A stretch of DNA of 54,937 bases, filler included, from Streblomastix strix (Eukaryota): the NCBI GenBank assembly GCA_008636045.1. It is 2 parts of 2 records of this genome, joined end to end, with 100 filler letters (N's around TTAATTAATTAA, not from the genome) between each part and the next. Parts side by side here need not be neighbours in the genome. Positions count along the whole stretch, not along the records: positions 1 to 27,422 come from SNRW01000143.1; 1 more part is not named here. One strand, given 5' to 3'. The position numbers and the translations under genes were made by a program. Positions 1 to 11,571 of the stretch are shown in pieces. Within the stretch, counting starts at the first letter, position 1. Every line of letters begins with the position of its first letter. The notes under the pieces were generated by a model that worked only from the letters and a program-made list of their open reading frames with translations, made no database searches and had not been told where the DNA came from.

Positions 1-504
1 TCTTTTTTATAAATTTGACCTCTTTTGCTTAGAATGCAATAATTTGGAGTATTGCGAGCATTTTACCAATTTTGAAAGCATATTTTTCTATCTATAAATA
101 TGAAATTGCAATTTCTCAAAATTATAAGTTACTTTCTAAATATTAATCGATTAAATATAAAAATTTTAAATTTATAAAATTAATTATATGTTTATAATTT
201 CATATTGTTAATATTAAACGTGACGAGTAGGTTTGGTCTAAACCATTTTTTCAATATGTTTAACGCTGTTATATTATGATGCAACGCAAAATACGTATGG
301 ATCGGATAAAGTTAATATACAATACTTTTGGAATCTAAAATTCTATCAATAAATATAAAAAAACTTCTTGGCAGAATCAAAAGCCAATAATGTCAATAGC
401 AGAAATTATTTTCACTAAAGAGTACTACAGACATGAAAAAAGAGTGCTATAGTAATGAAAATTAAAAAATATATTGATCTCTTAAATTTAAGAATAAAAA
501 ATCT
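1..504 (+). repeat. Outer inverted repeat, left copy
   Basis: 1-504 (tcttttttataaatttgacc...aagaataaaaaatct) is the reverse complement of 26917-27422, with scattered mismatches. Confidence 0.95.
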
Positions 505-1269
505 CACAAAAAAATCTAAATTTCAACAATGGTGTTGCGAACTGAGAAACTGATCATTCAAAACAGCTTTAGTAATATTTAAATTATCGATGACGCTTTC
601 GTAGAAAGTACTACTATAACGGCTTTAAACTAATAAATATAACTAATCCTAATCGTTTATCATGCAGCCTTATTTTTTTGAATAATAATGACAGAGATTT
701 CGAAATTCTTATTCTGTTAAAAATTGATAAATATTCCATCTAATTTTTCTTAAATTTTTTTAATTGGTTTTGAAAATTCATTTATTACACTATGCACACT
801 AATTATTAATAACAAATTAGCAATTTCAACAAAAGATAAAACAAAAAATATCATATTTACTAATGATTAAAACATCATTTTGAGAAAATAAAAATAATAA
901 AAATGAAAAAGTTTCTGAAAGTTTTTCTAAATTATTTGGTTTAATTTTTTACTCCAAACCAGTCTTATGCTATTCTATCATATAATTCATATGATCTTCT
1001 TTGAAATTATGAATATTTACTAGTTTCATTAGCTATTTTTTCACAGTGTTATTTCTACTGTAAATCTAAACATTCATCAATACATATTTTCTCATTGTTG
1101 TTATTTACTATTTGCTTATTGTTTAATTGTTGTCTGAACCATTAAAATACATCTTTTGCCTTCCAATTGGTTTCTTTTCAGAAATTGGATCCTATTACGA
1201 ACCTTCAAACAAATTATTATTATTAAATTCGTAATTTTAATACAAAAAAATTATTTATATTCATTGCAT

Positions 1270-2085
1270 TATAGATTAATATTTTATGCCATTAATTTTG
1301 TAAAGAACATTGGTATGACTACCACTTACAAATCACTATATGGATTCAATAACTCAACACTAACATTACCATTAACATTTTCTATGAATATACTAATTTT
1401 ATTGAAATTATGTCTAATTTTGTCAAACTAGAACTATATCTTTAAAGTGCCAATATGAACCAGTAAACTATTTCCTTTTACGTACTAATTCAAACATATT
1501 TGTTTGAATAATCTAATGACAATATTTAATTATTGTTATTATTTGGCCATTAATTAGCCTTTTATTCGCATATTATTTTGTTTATATTTCGTTCTATACT
1601 CGTTTAAATAAGCTATAGTTGGTGTTTGATTATTTAATTCAATAACCTATATCATTTATCCATCATTATCGAGTTCAATGATGTTATTTCCAAAATGCGT
1701 TTCTAATAGTTTGAATTACTCTATCAATAACTCTATCATGATTAGTGAATTTACTATCTGTGAAGAATGAATTTATCTAATTTTCTTTATAGAAATCGTT
1801 TAGTTATTTTTATGCATAAGACTTCTCACCATCTCCTCTGATATCATCAATCTAAACAAAGGATATAAGCTATTATAGAGCTTCAAACATTGGAATTTAT
1901 GATTTAGATTTCACTGATATTACTATTAAATATTTAGTGTTTACATTAATAGCGAATAAATATTGTTTATTTTCAACATTCTTTTCTATTATGAATACTT
2001 AATCTATTTCTTAAGAATTATAGGTGGGTGGGAAGTATGATCCTTCAAATTTCGCGAGTGGTTTTAGTTAATTGTCATGAGGTTC
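1270..2085 (-). pseudogene. Retroviral-like (rve) integrase of Maverick type, frameshifted; boundaries approximate
   Basis: Translation: YFPPTYNSQEID (D1, ~2002-2010)...YLFAINVNTKYL...DDIRGDGEK (D2, ~1822-1848)...FTNHDRVIDRVIQTIRNAF (~1692-1745)...ELNNQTP. This is the integrase core motif order. Confidence 0.75.
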
Positions 2086-2109
2086 TAGAGTATTAGTTTA
2101 AGGATAATA

Positions 2110-4513
2110 TATCGAAAAAAAGAAGTTTTGAAAAACTTTTTGTAGTAACAATAGTCATCAGCTGTTACATTTTTATCTGTTTCTCTATCTGTTTTATAAT
2201 CTTATTATTTACAATTATAACCCTTATTTTTCCAATATTATTCTGTCACTACAAAAGGTTTTGCCTAAGGATTAGGATTAGTATAATCAGCATTAAAATC
2301 AGAATCAGTATAATATGTTTATTTTTATACATTAACCTTAACATTAAATTTTGAGGGAAAGTTTGTTGAATACTGTTTCGTTATTTACGCACATGAAGCA
2401 ATTGAAACATAGTGTAAGACATCAATATTGAATTATTCAAATATATTAATTAAGCTCATTAATAGTTTAGCCTTAATCTCTGTATATTTATTGTTAAAAT
2501 GTTTGTGATATTCTAATCTATTAGTGAATCTCTTAAATTCAACCAAATATTAATCAAATTCATCATTTGTGACGGAAAATCCACCTCTGAGTTAAGATTT
2601 AAAATCGTCTTATTCACATAATTCTGTTTTCATTAATATTTTATTCAAATTCTTTGAGTTAATAATTTTATATAGAAAAACAATTTTATGTTCAGATTTG
2701 TCGCCATAATCTTTTACGCAAGCTTTTAATGTCATTGAACCAAATAGATTCTCTGCATCAATGAATTATAATTTCATATGTGATTTCTAATACATTACTA
2801 TAATTGATTTAGTACTATTGAGATCACCAATAGGTGCACCCATTATCCAAAGTTCATAGTCAAATGCGTCTCATAGAAATGATATACCAAATCTTGAACT
2901 ATTCAAGTCCAAAACTTTAACAAATTTGTTAAGACGAATATTGGGTCCTCATATATCGTACATTAATATATCTTTTCTACTGATTCGAACGCTTACGCAA
3001 GTCATAGATGAACAAAAGATGAAATTTTTGAGAGTTCATATCTTAATAAATAATTCTAAAATCACCTGCTAACTGATCAATTAATGTATAACATCTCTTA
3101 ACCAATTCATATGATTTAACTTTGCTAAATTAAACTTCTATTGATACTATTGATATTTTATATAATTGTGATAGTAAAGTTGTTTAATCTGTTCTATTTT
3201 TCATTATTTAATCGTCCAATGTTTCAAAGATATAAGTGATGAATACACGTTATGCTCTAAGCTAGTCCAACATCCTATATATCATTAAGTATTCAACTGT
3301 TGGATGATTTAATATTGCAGGACAAAGAAGAATAGGAAAATCGTGAAGTAAGATAAATTATTCATGAGATGAAGACATTCATTTTTCGACATATATATTG
3401 AAATATTCATTAACTCCAAAATTAGATTTTGACAGTTTTATAACGTAATTAAGATAGTTAGGCAATATAAGAATTCCAGTTAATTTTTCTATGTTAGACA
3501 CATTGATTGCAAGCAAATTTTTTCAATCGTTGATAAATAATAAGTTTAAAGTTATTGTTTCATTATTGAATTATCTACTTAAATTGAATTATCGATATTT
3601 ATCAGTTTATCTTTCTAATTCATAATAAAATTTATTAATATTTTCCTTTAATTACATAGAAATATGCCAATAGTAACTTGGAAAATGCAATAAATTAATT
3701 ACTTTCAACTTTTTTATCAATTTCATTTTTAACCCTAAATGTCAATGCTGTAAAGAAACAAATTTTTTAACCTGAACCAACATACTGAACTGAATGTTAT
3801 TTAACATGATTATCAAAATATAACGTACATGTTCCAGTATCTATTAGATTACTGATAACAAATATGACACTAATTATTCCAATAGTCAAATTATTTATAT
3901 CTCCGCATGTTCTTTCCATTTGTTCTTTCAATTCTCAGAATTTATCAATTCTAAATAGTTCAAATGATTTCTTATCAGATATTGTTCATTATTTGCATTT
4001 GAAAGCGTTATCTAGTATAGAAATCCTACAAGAATATATATAGTTAAATGAGCCCTATTTTCTTTAAATTTGTACGCGGAAGTCAATTTGAACCTTGATT
4101 GGAAGTCCATAATACGAATCTTATACTTTATTTTCAAATTATCAGAGTTGTTATCACTGAGTTTGTTTATTTAAATGATGAAAATTATAAGTTGTTTCGT
4201 CCGTAGTTAATATAAATGAACGCTGCCAAAATATATTAAAACGGTACCATTTGTCTAGGCCACAAACACGTCAACATTGATGTATTGCAATCACGAGATA
4301 TATGTTCTAAATTATTAGGATTCTTGAATATGGTGTGTTATTGTTTAATATTAGTTTTAAAAAATAACTTAAATGATCAAAATAATTAGTTGAGATGTGG
4401 AAATTGTTGACATAACTGAATGATTGCGTAAATGCGTGCAGCTATTGGAGATGAATGCTAAATCTTACTGCTTGATTAATGTGCGCATTAATGAGATCAA
4501 CAATGCTAAACAT
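2110..4513 (-). pseudogene. PolB-1: protein-primed-type family B DNA polymerase, N-terminus plus 3'-5' exonuclease only; polymerase domain missing
   Basis: ATG at 4513 (MFSIVDLINAH...). Degenerate ExoI FITYIFET (~3221-3243), ExoII VLDLNSSRFG (~2885-2915) and KLQFIDAENLFGSMTLKACVKDYG. The YWKNKGYNCKQQD...NVTADDY segment is homologous to PolB-2. The gene breaks off just before the integrase. Confidence 0.75.
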
Positions 4514-4811
4514 GAATTATTAAGTCAATATTGTGATTAGTTCTAGGACAAAATGATGACATTTTCATATATTCGGACAGCGCTCATTTATACTAACTAC
4601 GAACACAAATTCAATGATTTGTGTGCTACGTGACTAGCTTGTGGGTTAATGTGGTAGGTAAAATTTAATTTTACTAATGAAATTGAATATGTGGATTCCA
4701 GTAGCTCATCTAAGGTGTTAAAAAAAATAATGATGAAATTGATGCTTAAATTAATTCAATAAATTAATGGTAAAGGATAGATCTAAAACCAAAAATAATC
4801 GTCATAATCGT
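3478..4811 (+). repeat. Inner ~1.33-kb inverted repeat, left copy (contains the 5' part of PolB-1)
   Basis: Reverse complement of 25038-26370. Both ends were checked (tttttctatgttagacacattg... and ...aaaaataatcgtcataatcgt). Confidence 0.95.
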
Positions 4812-5553
4812 GATTTACGTATGTGATATGACCTTAAAATGAAGTGCTAGCGATATATGAAAAATCATGTTTTTGATCGAAAAATTAGCCCATCATAAAA
4901 ATATTTTATTAGTAATATAAACTTAAGAAATTTATTGAAAATTTTATGTTTTTAGAATGATTTGAGAATTAACACATAAGAGAATGTTGATATGTAGATT
5001 ACGGAAATGATGTTAAAAATAATTGATTGAACTGTTGATTGAGAAGAATTATGAGAAGTAATGACATGAATGATGGGACAAATTTCTGTTCCACATTAAT
5101 ATATGGGTAATTATTTGCAAAATTCAAGTTTTTATGCAAAGATGATAATTTTCTTGCTCAAATACAAAATATTGAATATTATTATACATACATTATATTT
5201 TTAATAAAATCATAAGTAAAAACCTCGATTGATGGGAAAATGAATTTTTTTAAAAAAAATCTTTTTTTGTTGAAAACATTTATAAAATCTATATATTTTA
5301 TACAAAATTAAAATTAATATAATTATATATAAATAATTCTTTAAAAATGAAACTTCAAAAATTTCTGCATCAAAAATTAACTCAAAATATTTTTAGATTT
5401 ATTTCGTTTCCAAATTGGATAATTCTCATGTTTATTTTATAAAATAATCTTTATTTGATATATATTAAAATATTAAAAGTTTTAAATAACAAAGTTATCC
5501 ATCCTTGAATTCAGCAAATAATTACCCATATGCATGCAAGCGACATGAGTAAA

Positions 5554-5653
5554 TGTGAAGGATTATCCGTGATTATAAGTAGATCGAAAACATGGGACGG
5601 CACAGCTATCAGAAATTGCAGGAATTTTTTATCTGCCATTGCTATACTTCCAT
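5554..5653 (+). repeat. ~100-bp imperfect direct repeat, copy 1 (upstream of the primase-helicase)
   Basis: tgtgaaggattatccgtgattataagt...agaaattgcaggaattttttatctgccat matches 8941-9040. Confidence 0.85.
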
Positions 5654-5874
5654 AAATGAAAGTTAGTTAGAAATAAATTATGAAGATTAATTGTGCATCG
5701 TGTAAATGAAGACATTTATCTATGTCTGGAAACTGTGCCAGCGTGCCAAATAGAAGGAGTGAAAATAATTGATCTCTAATTTCTTAGCCGGCCGGTCTCT
5801 AAATTAATTCTTCTGATTAAAATAAATAAAATTATTTTTATCAACTAACCAAAACATTTTATTTGTAAACTAAA

Positions 5875-8830
5875 ATGGCAACTTTAGAATCCTCAAGCGA
5901 CCAAACAAAATAATAAAACATCAAACAAGTGACTATTGAGAAAAAGACAAAAGGAGCATATCATTGTAAGTCAAAAACAAATGATGAAGCTGGAGCAAAA
6001 ATGAAATAATTAATCAAGGAATAAAAGGATAAGAAATAGGAAACAATTGAAATAGTTAGTGGAATCGTTAGTGGGATAGTGGACGCATCTCTCATTAATG
6101 AAACTATTAATGAATAGACAAATAAACAAACAATCAAAGAAAAACATGAGAAAATCCTACATGATCTACGTTATGCTGAAGGAGATTAGGAAACAAGACT
6201 TATGATATAGTAAGAAGTATATAGATTAGAAAAATAATGAAGATAAGAAGATGAAGAAAAGAAGGATAAACCTAATCCAAACAGCTAGGATAATATAATT
6301 GAGAGATAAGTTATTCAAAAGAGAATAGAAATATAAATTAAACCAATTAGCGAAAGAATTATAGGTACATGAATTGATACAGTGAATTATACTAAAAATG
6401 GTTAAAATGCAGGTGAAAAGAAATAAGTTACAGGCAAATTAATTGATTTAACTCTGAGAAAAGATGGAGATCTATGTGTGATTGATTTCGATATTAACAA
6501 GAATCTATCTAAAGAGAAAATTGATAAGATTAGCTAAAATATTTTAGATAATATGCTACCTGCTAATGTTGGGTTAGTTAAAACATGTCATAGTGGATTG
6601 GACGTTTGTTGTAATAAAAATGGCTATCGTCTTCCTAATAATCGAAGTGTAAAATGAATTGTATAGGATAACATTGAGATTGATATATTTACATAAGTGT
6701 AGAAGCATAAATAATTTGAAGATGATCCAATGTAAACAGATCTTGTGTTAAATCGTGTAGTTGGTTCGAACAGTGGCTTTCGAGAAACTAAAAATAATGT
6801 TAGAGAAACACTTAAATATGAAACGATTAATGATTGGACTAACATGACTTATTTAGCGAATCTAACAGATATAATTGAATCATGGAATGTTGATATTGAA
6901 ATATCATATGCGGAATTTGAGAAATTAAAAATATCTAGATAGTTTAGATAATGGATTACAAATGATGGAACTATAAATAAAATGGATGATGCACTTGCAT
7001 AAGTGTGTGTTGATGAATTGAAGAATTTTACTATTCATAACTACCCTCAACCAATGGCCATGAAATTATCATTATTATGTGTTTTCAGTGTGATTTATGC
7101 AATAATTATTGAACAAATAAGAGCTTAAGGATTAGAAAATCTACATAAATTTTATACGCTAACTCCAAACGCTGAGAAGAATTATGATTAAGCTTCAGGT
7201 TATGATGAATGTAAATCAAATGAATGGATCCTAACAAAAATACATAAATATCATAAAAAGGATAATAATGAATAAACAATAAATCTGTTATTGAAAAAGA
7301 ATTATGAAGCTAAAAAAGTTGAAAAATAAATATATATATATATATATATTAATCTTTAGTTCCAAATAAGATTGATTTATCTGATGAATTCACATTATTC
7401 AATATGAAAAAGAAAGCAGCTAACGGTGAATATGAAAATGAAGAAAAAAAGCGTGTAGGATTTCAGAAGATTACTAGTTTATTATGAAGGTGAAACTGAA
7501 GATAATTATACGGTTAAAAGATATGATGCCAATTGTGAGACATAAGTCTTACATCATTAGTGAGAAGGAACCTTATTTAAAATAATTAGAGAAAATCAAC
7601 ACTAATATTAAGAAGAAGAAGTTTGATGAAAAGACTAGTGAAAAGAATGATGAAACAAAAGAATCTAAACCATTAACTGCTAAACATATCTTTAAGAAAT
7701 ATGCATCGAAATTTGTGAAGAAAGGATATATAATCATTAGTGAAGATCCCAAAATACTCGGTATATTCCAAGGATATAAGTATAAGAGGTTAGAGAATGA
7801 TGAAACTAACTTTGATTGTTTGTAAATATACTATAGTCTAATTTAAGAAACCATTGCTGCAGGAGACTAACGAGTATATGAATATATTCTTAATTGGTAT
7901 GGATGGATGATATAAAATCCCGGAAAAAGTAAAGAGCTGTAATCATTTTACAAGGAAGATAGGGAATTAGTAAAAAAAGATTCATTGATGTAATTGCAGA
8001 ATTACATAATATATGTAGTTGTTCAAACATAGTAAATATTGATGAATTCACTGGAAAGTTCAATTCTGTAGTTGAAAATAAAATATTCGCAGAAGTGAAT
8101 TAAATAATGAATTGTAATTATTCTAAGAAAGGTGTTGCAACAGTAGCGAAATCATTAATTTCAGATTAAACCATAAGAATTATTGAAAAGAATTAGCCTA
8201 GAAGAACTGCTGAGAATGTGATGAATTTTAATATATGTAACTAACAGTGATATACCTGTTTAACTGGAAACTGATGATAGACGTCATTTAGTATGTCCTT
8301 GTAAAACTGTTCATTAAGTAAATGAAGACCATCCTGAAGAAACTGATTATTTTAAGAAATTAAGTTAAGGTTATACTTAAGAGTTCTATGAGAATTTGAT
8401 GACATATTTTCTTGAATGAGATGTTTCATAGTTCAAACCATCACTAATTCCAATGACTGAAGCGAAAAAATAATTAATAAATGTTAGTCGATCACCAGTT
8501 GATGATGTAATTAATGAACATTTCGAATAATTCAAATAAGGTATCCCAGTATCAGTTGCAAATTAATATAGACCAAAACAATGTATAATAAATCCATATA
8601 AAATTACTTTTGAACATATGTGTTCATAATCAAGGCCATACATTAATAAAATAAGAACTAGAATATATACATTGAATGAAGATTAGATAAGATATTTAAA
8701 AAAAATGATAAGTAAAAAAGATATTGAAACATCGCTAGCAAAGTATAAGAAATATAAGTAAGCGAATGATATTTATGGATACAATGATGAGAAGGCAAAT
8801 GAGAAGGATAATGAAAAGATAGAATAATGA
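5875..8830 (+). pseudogene. PrimPol (AEP-type) primase fused to a D5-like SF3 helicase, frameshifted
   Basis: Primase motifs CVIDFDI (~6475-6495, hhhDhD) and VKTCHSGLDV (degenerate KTxxGGxH). Helicase motifs LNWYGWMIQNPG...IILQGRQGISK (Walker A, ~7945-7975), GKFNSVVENK and LETDDRRHLV (~8265-8293). Confidence 0.8.
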
Positions 8831-8940
8831 AATTTATTTTTATTTAACAATCGGTTAATGGCAGGCAAAATGATGATGGGATAATTTGAAGTCTAAATTT
8901 ATGTGCCTGTTAAATTATATGTGCCAGCTCTATGAATAAT

Positions 8941-9040
8941 TGTGAAGGATTATCCTTGATTATAAGTGGGATGAAAACATATGACGGGATAGCTCTAAGA
9001 AATTGCAGGAATTTTTAATCTGCCATAACCATACTGCCAT
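8941..9040 (+). repeat. ~100-bp imperfect direct repeat, copy 2 (downstream of the primase-helicase)
   Basis: tgtgaaggattatccttgattataagt...agaaattgcaggaatttttaatctgccat. Confidence 0.85.
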
Positions 9041-10044
9041 TTCGTAAAATTGTTGAAAATTTATCTAATTCTCAATAGTTGGTGATTTACTGACTAAAAT
9101 GCACTAAATTAGACTGCCATATGAAATAAATTATGGCAAACTTCAAAAGTCAGCTCTAAACGTTATCCCATCCAGATATTTAAATTAAAACTAAATGATT
9201 CTATGCTTATTAACAATCTTTCAATATTTTTGTGAAAATGAAGATGGGACAATTTTAAAAGCATTAATCTAAATGGTTGCAATAATTAGACTGCTATGGT
9301 AATGTATTGATAAGCAAATTAGTCAATTGATCACTAGCTATTGATAATTAGATTCAAATTGAAAGATATGGCATTATGGCAGTATGACAGACGTTTTCGA
9401 CACGATTTTCAGAGAGCAGCCCAGTTTCTACGTCCAACGTACTTACCTTTTCAATATTTATATATAATAGTGGATAATTCTATAGAATTCTAGCATACTT
9501 ACATTAAACACAACAAACCATATGAGACAATTGGGACAATTAGAACGAACATATAATTGAACACAAGCTGTTAAATTTCAAATCATTTTTATCTTATTCA
9601 TTAAAAGGAAATCATTAATTCACTCATTAACTACACTTTAACTTATACAAACCCCTCAAATTAATCCAATCATTAACTAACAAATTGATCAATACATTAA
9701 CCCAATAATTTATCCAAAAATAAACTTTCAATATCAATCAAAATCAATTGCTTATATTACATTATTACATTTAATTATATATCATTGATTTGAAGCAAAT
9801 CTTTCATGATATTTGTAACAATTTTCTGAAGGCGTCGTATCAAGAGTAATTGTAAGTCATTTGCTTAAGCACGAAAATTTTAGCGTAGTATTCTATAACA
9901 TTATTGGACACGTTAACGTTGCCCTGCTACAATACGTTCTATTTGTTCCATGCTCAAACATTAATCATATTTAAAATTTTAATAAGTAATTTACTAGTAT
10001 TTTCATCTTAATTTAATATATATAATTTTATTGCATTGTTCGTT

Positions 10045-10748
10045 AATTCGAGTTAGTTATTTCATTAAATCTATTTACATCAGCATCCTTTATCTCTTCT
10101 CTATAAATCACTGCATCACCACTCTTTATTTAACGCTTCTTCATTATCTCTCTAAAGCTGATGTGTGAGTATTTCATTCATTATTTATCACAAATATTTA
10201 TTATTTCGTAATGTACGTGATAATAGAATAAATGATTTATGCTATTTATGTATGTTTTCAATGAATAGTACTCTTCTCATTCTTCCATTTACTTCGATAT
10301 GAGGATGAATGTGTTGATATAATAGATAGCAAGCAAACATAACCAATATCGTATCTTCGCCAATGTATTCATAAGCGAAGTTCACTAATTGTTAAAGTTC
10401 ATTTTGATCAATATTTTCATATTAAATTCCAACATTAGCTGCTGAGATTATTTTTGAATTATTCTTATTACTAACATACGCATTATATTACTTAAAAGTA
10501 TCTCTATGAAATAATGATCAATATAACTCTTCTATTTATGGTACTTGATTATTCTTAAGGTATTCTACAGCAAAAATAATATTGTCCTTAAGTAATATAT
10601 CTTATTAAATAATATTAGAATCAACTATGTATTAATATATGGTTTCATCTTAATGAATTAATTTCTTTTCACCAAGCTTCTTAACAAATACTTAACTAGT
10701 TGCCAAGTTAATTGCAAATTCAATAATTTTGTTAGATATCCAGAACAT
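10045..10748 (-). pseudogene. Fic/DOC-domain protein with in-frame TGAs; 3' end approximate
   Basis: MFWISNKIIEFAIN...FACYLLYQHIHPHIEVNGRMRRVL (motif ~10270-10310) resembles the Fic consensus HPFxDGNGRxxR, with the typical preceding helix. Confidence 0.7.
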
Positions 10749-10950
10749 TTTTATAACAAATGAAATGTAATTCGAGATAGTTGTTGGTATATCACTAATG
10801 TGCATCGCTTTTGCAAACATTGACTTGTTTCATATTGCTGCAAGTGCATATAATACGTTATATAATACTTTAACTAAAAAAGAGGAAAAGACTCCCATTA
10901 ATTTATCTTTTTATTTATGATTATCAACTAGTTATTTTTGAAAATAACAA

Positions 10951-11510
10951 ATGCCATAGAAAAGATCAGTATCACCATCTGAAAAAATATATTAAAACGA
11001 ACCTATGTCATCACTTTAATCCGTTTCGATAATTCCTGCGATAGTTGAAATAGATTCTTCATTCGAAAAGGAGTAAGAAAAAGCATCAGTTTCCACGTAG
11101 CGATCAAGAAGATCATCAATATTTGAAGAAATTATAGATCCAGATCCATCAGTTTATCGCTGATTATTGGATATAATTATAGAAGATGAACATATGATTA
11201 AAGAATCTGCTCATTTCATATTATCAGAACCTTAACTAATAAGAGTTTTTGCATATACATTTGATATCATAGAAAATGAAGCTATACTTAATATTGAAGA
11301 TGAGGGAAGTTGTGGGAAATTCATGCATGAAGGAATAAGAACATTAAGTTATGTTACAATTAATAATGTAAATATACATACACTCGATTTTTGAGAGAAT
11401 TTATCTTCTCGGAGATTCTTTTAAATTTTGCTTATAAAAAGTTAGAAATATAACTAGTATACTAGATCTAGGAGACATCTCATCAAAACTAATGTCAGCA
11501 GCAAGTAATT
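10951..11510 (+). pseudogene. Hypothetical element protein with in-frame TGAs; 3' end approximate
   Basis: Reads MPQKRSVSPSEKIYQNEP...LSEPQLIRVFAYTF in code TAA/TAG=Q and is preceded by the element's T-rich upstream motif. Confidence 0.45.
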
Positions 11511-11571
11511 GATTATTGGCTGTTCTATCATAAATTCACTAATTTCACTCTAAATCATTTTTAGCAATTAA

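Noticed and set aside
7330..7349. (TA)n run inside the primase-helicase as a programmed phase-variation switch
   Set aside because: The gene has several other frameshifts, so microsatellite slippage in a dead gene is sufficient.
9440..9502. Two GTAAGTA donor-like sites on the minus strand within the element
   Set aside because: I could not build a coherent spliced ORF around them, and the other element genes are intron-less.
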